DNA from: Anthoceros angustus
Taxonomy: Eukaryota > Plantae > Anthocerotophyta
DNA: 64,000 nucleotides
Direction: 5' to 3'
NCBI GenBank assembly: GCA_010909165.1
Contig: MU008191.1
Location: 248,001 to 312,000, forward strand
The notes below the pieces were generated by a model that saw nothing but the letters and a program-made list of their open reading frames with translations, had not been told where the DNA came from and searched no databases. The position numbers and the translations under genes were made by a program. Positions within the stretch are counted from its first letter, which is position 1, and every line of letters starts with the position of its first letter. Below, one piece after another: positions 59,712 through 64,000 of the stretch.

Positions 59712-62700
59712 ATGGAAGTCACTAGTTTGACAGCTCACAAGAAGCCTCGGATCACGGAGGATGGGGCGCCGCCTCCCGAGGCTTTGCTCGGTCTGCCGAC
59801 AGGCAAGTCTATCACCGTCAATGAGCTGCAAAGGGACAGGCTTACCAGGATTGCAGAAACCAACTGGTCGGTCACCTTAGTCCCAAGAGCCCCGTTCAAT
59901 CCCTCGCTGGTGGAGGACATCTACCGCACGGAGCTCGATACTTCAGTTGGCAACAAGCCGGTTCCACTTCAAAGGGTTATGGTTCTAGAGATTAGCCAGT
60001 ATCTAGAGAATTATCTTTGGCCTCATTTTGATGCAGCCACTGCCTCCTTCGAGCATATTATGTCCATCATACTGATGGTGAATGAAAAGGTAAGGCCAGA
60101 AGCCAGTGCTCTTTCATTCTCTGCGTCTTTCCCGCAAATGTGCCCTGATTTTCCCTGCATAACACATGGATGAATAGTTTCGAGAGAATGTACCAGCTTG
60201 GGGATGTTTCCACGACAGGGAGGACGTTTTTCCAGCCTTCTTTTCACGTGTTCTGTCTTTGAAAGATCAGGTTGGCACATCGATGGCTTGTTTCATTTCC
60301 TTTCCTTCTAGGATGTCTTTCTGCCAAGCATGGATGTCTGATACCTGGCCTCGGCAGGCGGAGCACACCATGAGCATCAGGGAGAAGATAAACTATTTGC
60401 TGTTTATGATCCACTGCTTTCAGAGCTTGGAGGATGAGATGGTGCGGAAGCCAGTCCTGAAGCTGGTGTCCATTGAGTTGTGGCACAACCTCTCTCCAGG
60501 CCGCCTGAAAATGGAGCTGTTGGCAGATCTCACAGACCCTGATGTGGGCCCACAGTCCCAGCTTTTAGGTCGATGGAAGAAAATTCTGAAGAAGGCTCGT
60601 TCTTCTTCCGCAGTTGATCCGTGCCAGAAGCTGGAGGTTCGGTTCCTGCCCTCTCTGATCGCAGAGTTTTTGGAGATACTGGACTCCAATGTTTTTGTAG
60701 CAGGCACGACAGAGGCAGACAGCCAGGTATATGAGCAAAGGGGCGAAAATGAGCTTGTGGTGGATGCGGCAGCTCTTCTTTACTGTGAACGGTTTATGGA
60801 GTTTCTTATTGATCTTCTTAGTCAGCTTGGCACCCGAAGGTCAGTCAGAGCTCTAGTTGAGGACAAAGCGGTTTTAGTGAAGTGCAGAATGAGTCAACTC
60901 TACACCCACCCCCAGGGTTCTCTGTTCTCACAGCTAGTTGATTTGCTACGTTTTTATCAAGGATTTGAGATCAATGAACGGACAGGTTCGCAATTAAGTG
61001 ATGAGGACATCCTGCGAATGCACCATTCTCGCTTGCAATCTCTTCAGCTTCTCATATTCAAACAAGTGCCCCAGGTTTGAATCCCTTCATGCACGGTTCT
61101 CCCCTTGTGACTATAAAACTTGTCTACGTCTTTTGAAGTGGTGCTGATGTTGGTCATGGTGCAGTTACACGAGCTGGCCCTCACTAATGTGGGATCAATA
61201 GAGAAGCGAGCTGTTTTGGCAAAGAAATTATATGGCCTTCCTTTTGAAGAGCTTAAAGATCTGGTGTTTCAGAAGGTTTGGGTCTTCTCTTAGCTCCTGA
61301 TTCCTACTTTTTCTTTAAGGCTTCACAATGTCTTATTTTTCTTGTGTAAGTGGTTTATGGGTTAATTCCATCCATTTGATTTGCAACTTTCTGACAATGA
61401 CTTTGGATCTCCAGCTGGAGCTGCTGTCACCACAGGATCCATGGGCACACAGAGTCGATTTTTTGGTGGAGGTATTGGTCTCCACGTTTGAGAGGAGGCA
61501 GTCTCAAAGAGAAGCTATCAACGCTCTTCCTTTATATCCCAATGAAAGGGTTATGTGGGATGAGAGTCTTGTACCAAGTGTTAACTACACTGGTGAGGGA
61601 TGCCTAGCTCTTCCAAAGCTCAATCTGCAGTTTTTGACACTTCATGACTATCTTCTACGAAATTTCAATCTCTTCCGGTTGGAGTCTACATATGAAATCA
61701 GGGAGAATGTCAATGAGGTCCTGAAGCACCTGGTTGCCTATATTAACGAGGAGGGGGACACTAAGTTCAAAGGCTGGGCACGAATGGCTGTTCCAATACG
61801 ACATTTTCGTATTGCTGAAGTGAAGCAGCCTAACCTCGGGGAGAACAAGCCGTCAGTGGTAACTGCAGAGGTCACATTTAGCATCGGCTCTTATCGAGGT
61901 CCTGTCAGGTCTGAGTGGGATGAGCTTAAAGAGCATGATGTCCTTTTCTTACTGTCTCTTCAACCACCACCTATGCAGCTTGATGAGGAAGTTGCCGCAG
62001 GACTTAGTTTACCAGAAAAGCGTGGGCTGCTTTATGTGCGTGGGTGTGAAATAATTGAAATGCATGATGAAGCTGGGCACCTTATGAATGACTTCACTGG
62101 GAGAGTGAAAAGGGAGGAATGGAAGCCTCCAAAGGGGGAGGTGCGGACTGCTATTGTAGCTCTTGATACCGCCCAGTATCAGATGGATGTTGATGCAATG
62201 ACAGACAAACATTCTGAGGATGTGTACAAGACATTCAATGTGCTGATGAGAAGAAAACCCAAGGAGAACAACTTCAAGGCAATATTGGAATCAATCCGTG
62301 ACTTGATGAATGAGGACTGCATTGTCCCGGACTGGCTTTTAAATATATTCCTGGGCTATGGCGATCCAGGTGCTGCTCAATGGCGCAACATGCCAGATCA
62401 GCTTGATGTTGTTGACTTCAAAGATACCTTCCTTGATGCTCAGCACTTGCGGGATAGTTTTCCCTCATGGGAGGTGAGTTATCTTCTGTGGCTAGCAATC
62501 CACATGAGCTAATGGGTGCACGTGTCTGTGAGTTGGACTTTACTTAGAGAGTGCACCGGCCTTCATTGGTGGGTTACTTTGTCTGGTTCTTACTCGTGGC
62601 GATGCTATTCTTGTTATTGGTTAACAGGTGCAGTTCATTAACCCTGATGGAGAAGAGGAAAGTACTCCCAAACCACCATTTCGTGTGACACTGCCCAAGG

Positions 62701-64000
62701 GTAACCAGGTTTTGGGGTCAAAGATGAAGGGAGCAGGGAAAAGGAAACTGGTCAGCAGTGGTGAGGCGGGCATAACAGAGAAGGACATTGTAGTCGTAGA
62801 ATCTTATGTGCCTCCAGATCCAGGACCGTACCCTCAAGACCAGCCCAGGAAAAATGCGGTGCTATTTACACCTGTTCAGGTATGAGTTGACTCTGTGCTG
62901 TATTATTATTGATTTTGTAATGGACAGATTCAACTATGATGTTAGTCCGTGTTGCTGTTGGACTTACTGATGGAATATCTCTTATTTGTTTCGCCAGGTT
63001 GATGCTATATTATCAGGAGTACAACCAGGTTTGACCATGGTGGTTGGCCCTCCTGGCACGGGGAAGACAGACACTGCTGTACAGATACTGAATGTTCTTT
63101 ACCACAACTGTCCTTTGCAACGGACTTTGCTGATCACTCATTCTAACCAAGCTTTAAACGACCTGTTCGAGAAAATTATGCAGGTAATTTCGCTGTAGAG
63201 TGCTCATCATCATCTAGAGTGATATTTGCGAATTATTGTATGCACTAGTCGTATGTATGTATCGTTCTGCCTTCCTACTGAAGTAGTTGGGTCTTGGATC
63301 AGAGGGACGTTCCTGCACGGTATTTGTTACGACTCGGGCAAGGAGAGCAGGAGCTTGAGACAGAGTTAGATTTTAGTCGTCAGGGAAGGGTAAATGCAAT
63401 GCTTGCTCGGCGGCTCGAGCTTCTAGGTGAGGTTGAGCGACTTGCAAAGACACTCCAAGTGCCTGAAGATGCTGCGTACACTTGTGAGACGGCTGCACAC
63501 TTTTGGTTATTGCATGTACTTTCAAGATGGGAGGCTTTTCTGGCTGCCTGTGAAGCTGGTGCACAGAGCCCAGACATGGTGATGGAGCAATTTCCATTCA
63601 AAGATTATTTTTCGAACGCTCCGAGACAGCTGTTCACAGGGTCATCTTATGCTCTGGACATGCGTTCAGCAGAGGGATGTTTTAAACATCTTCAGACCAT
63701 GTTCCAAGAGCTTGAAGAGTGTAGGGCATTCGAGCTGCTTAAGTCTACAGCAGACCGTGCGAACTACTTGATGGCAAAACAGGCCAAGATCGTGGCTATG
63801 ACTTGTACTCATGCAGCTCTAAAACGACGAGATTTTTTGAAACTGGGCTTCAAATATGACAATTTGCTGATGGAAGAAAGTGCACAAATACTGGAGATTG
63901 AAACTTTCATCCCATTACTTCTGCAGAGACAGCAAGATGGTGCATCTAGGTTGAAAAGATTCATCATGATTGGTGATCACCATCAACTGCCACCCGTGGT
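59712..64000 (+). CDS. AQR: Intron-binding spliceosomal RNA helicase Aquarius, 5' part (runs off the window; start approximate)
   Basis: [75 protein letters not shown], Walker [38 protein letters not shown] and [10 protein letters not shown]. Confidence 0.97.

Overview
Eukaryotic, intron-containing nuclear DNA from what looks like a compact seed-free land-plant genome (inference: ~90-110 bp introns, plant KCS/PPR/pectate lyase genes, plus a PPP4R4 gene of the kind typical of lineages with flagellated cells). Host genes are two paralogous secreted repeat proteins, PPP4R4-like HEAT protein, Tubby-like, TrmO/TsaA, KCS, QCR7, ATG14, an unknown protein, a PMEI-like/pectate lyase fusion, an integrase-H2C2-like ORF and the 5' part of Aquarius. 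They are interleaved with decayed Copia and Gypsy pieces and two mobile blocks (about 5.3-18.7 kb and 43.7-50.4 kb). The best candidate for a new system is that both blocks contain pieces of one DUF7869/Sola1-like DDE transposase family (with a BAH/Tudor-like C-terminus) together with remnants of a bacterial-type N4/N6 DNA methyltransferase and a shared ~128-bp satellite. The second block also holds an acidic, Tyr-rich 23-aa repeat ORF. All methyltransferase copies here are broken. Several repeats show dense single-base indels that may be assembly error. All calls are by eye from motif recognition, and spliced-gene boundaries are approximate.
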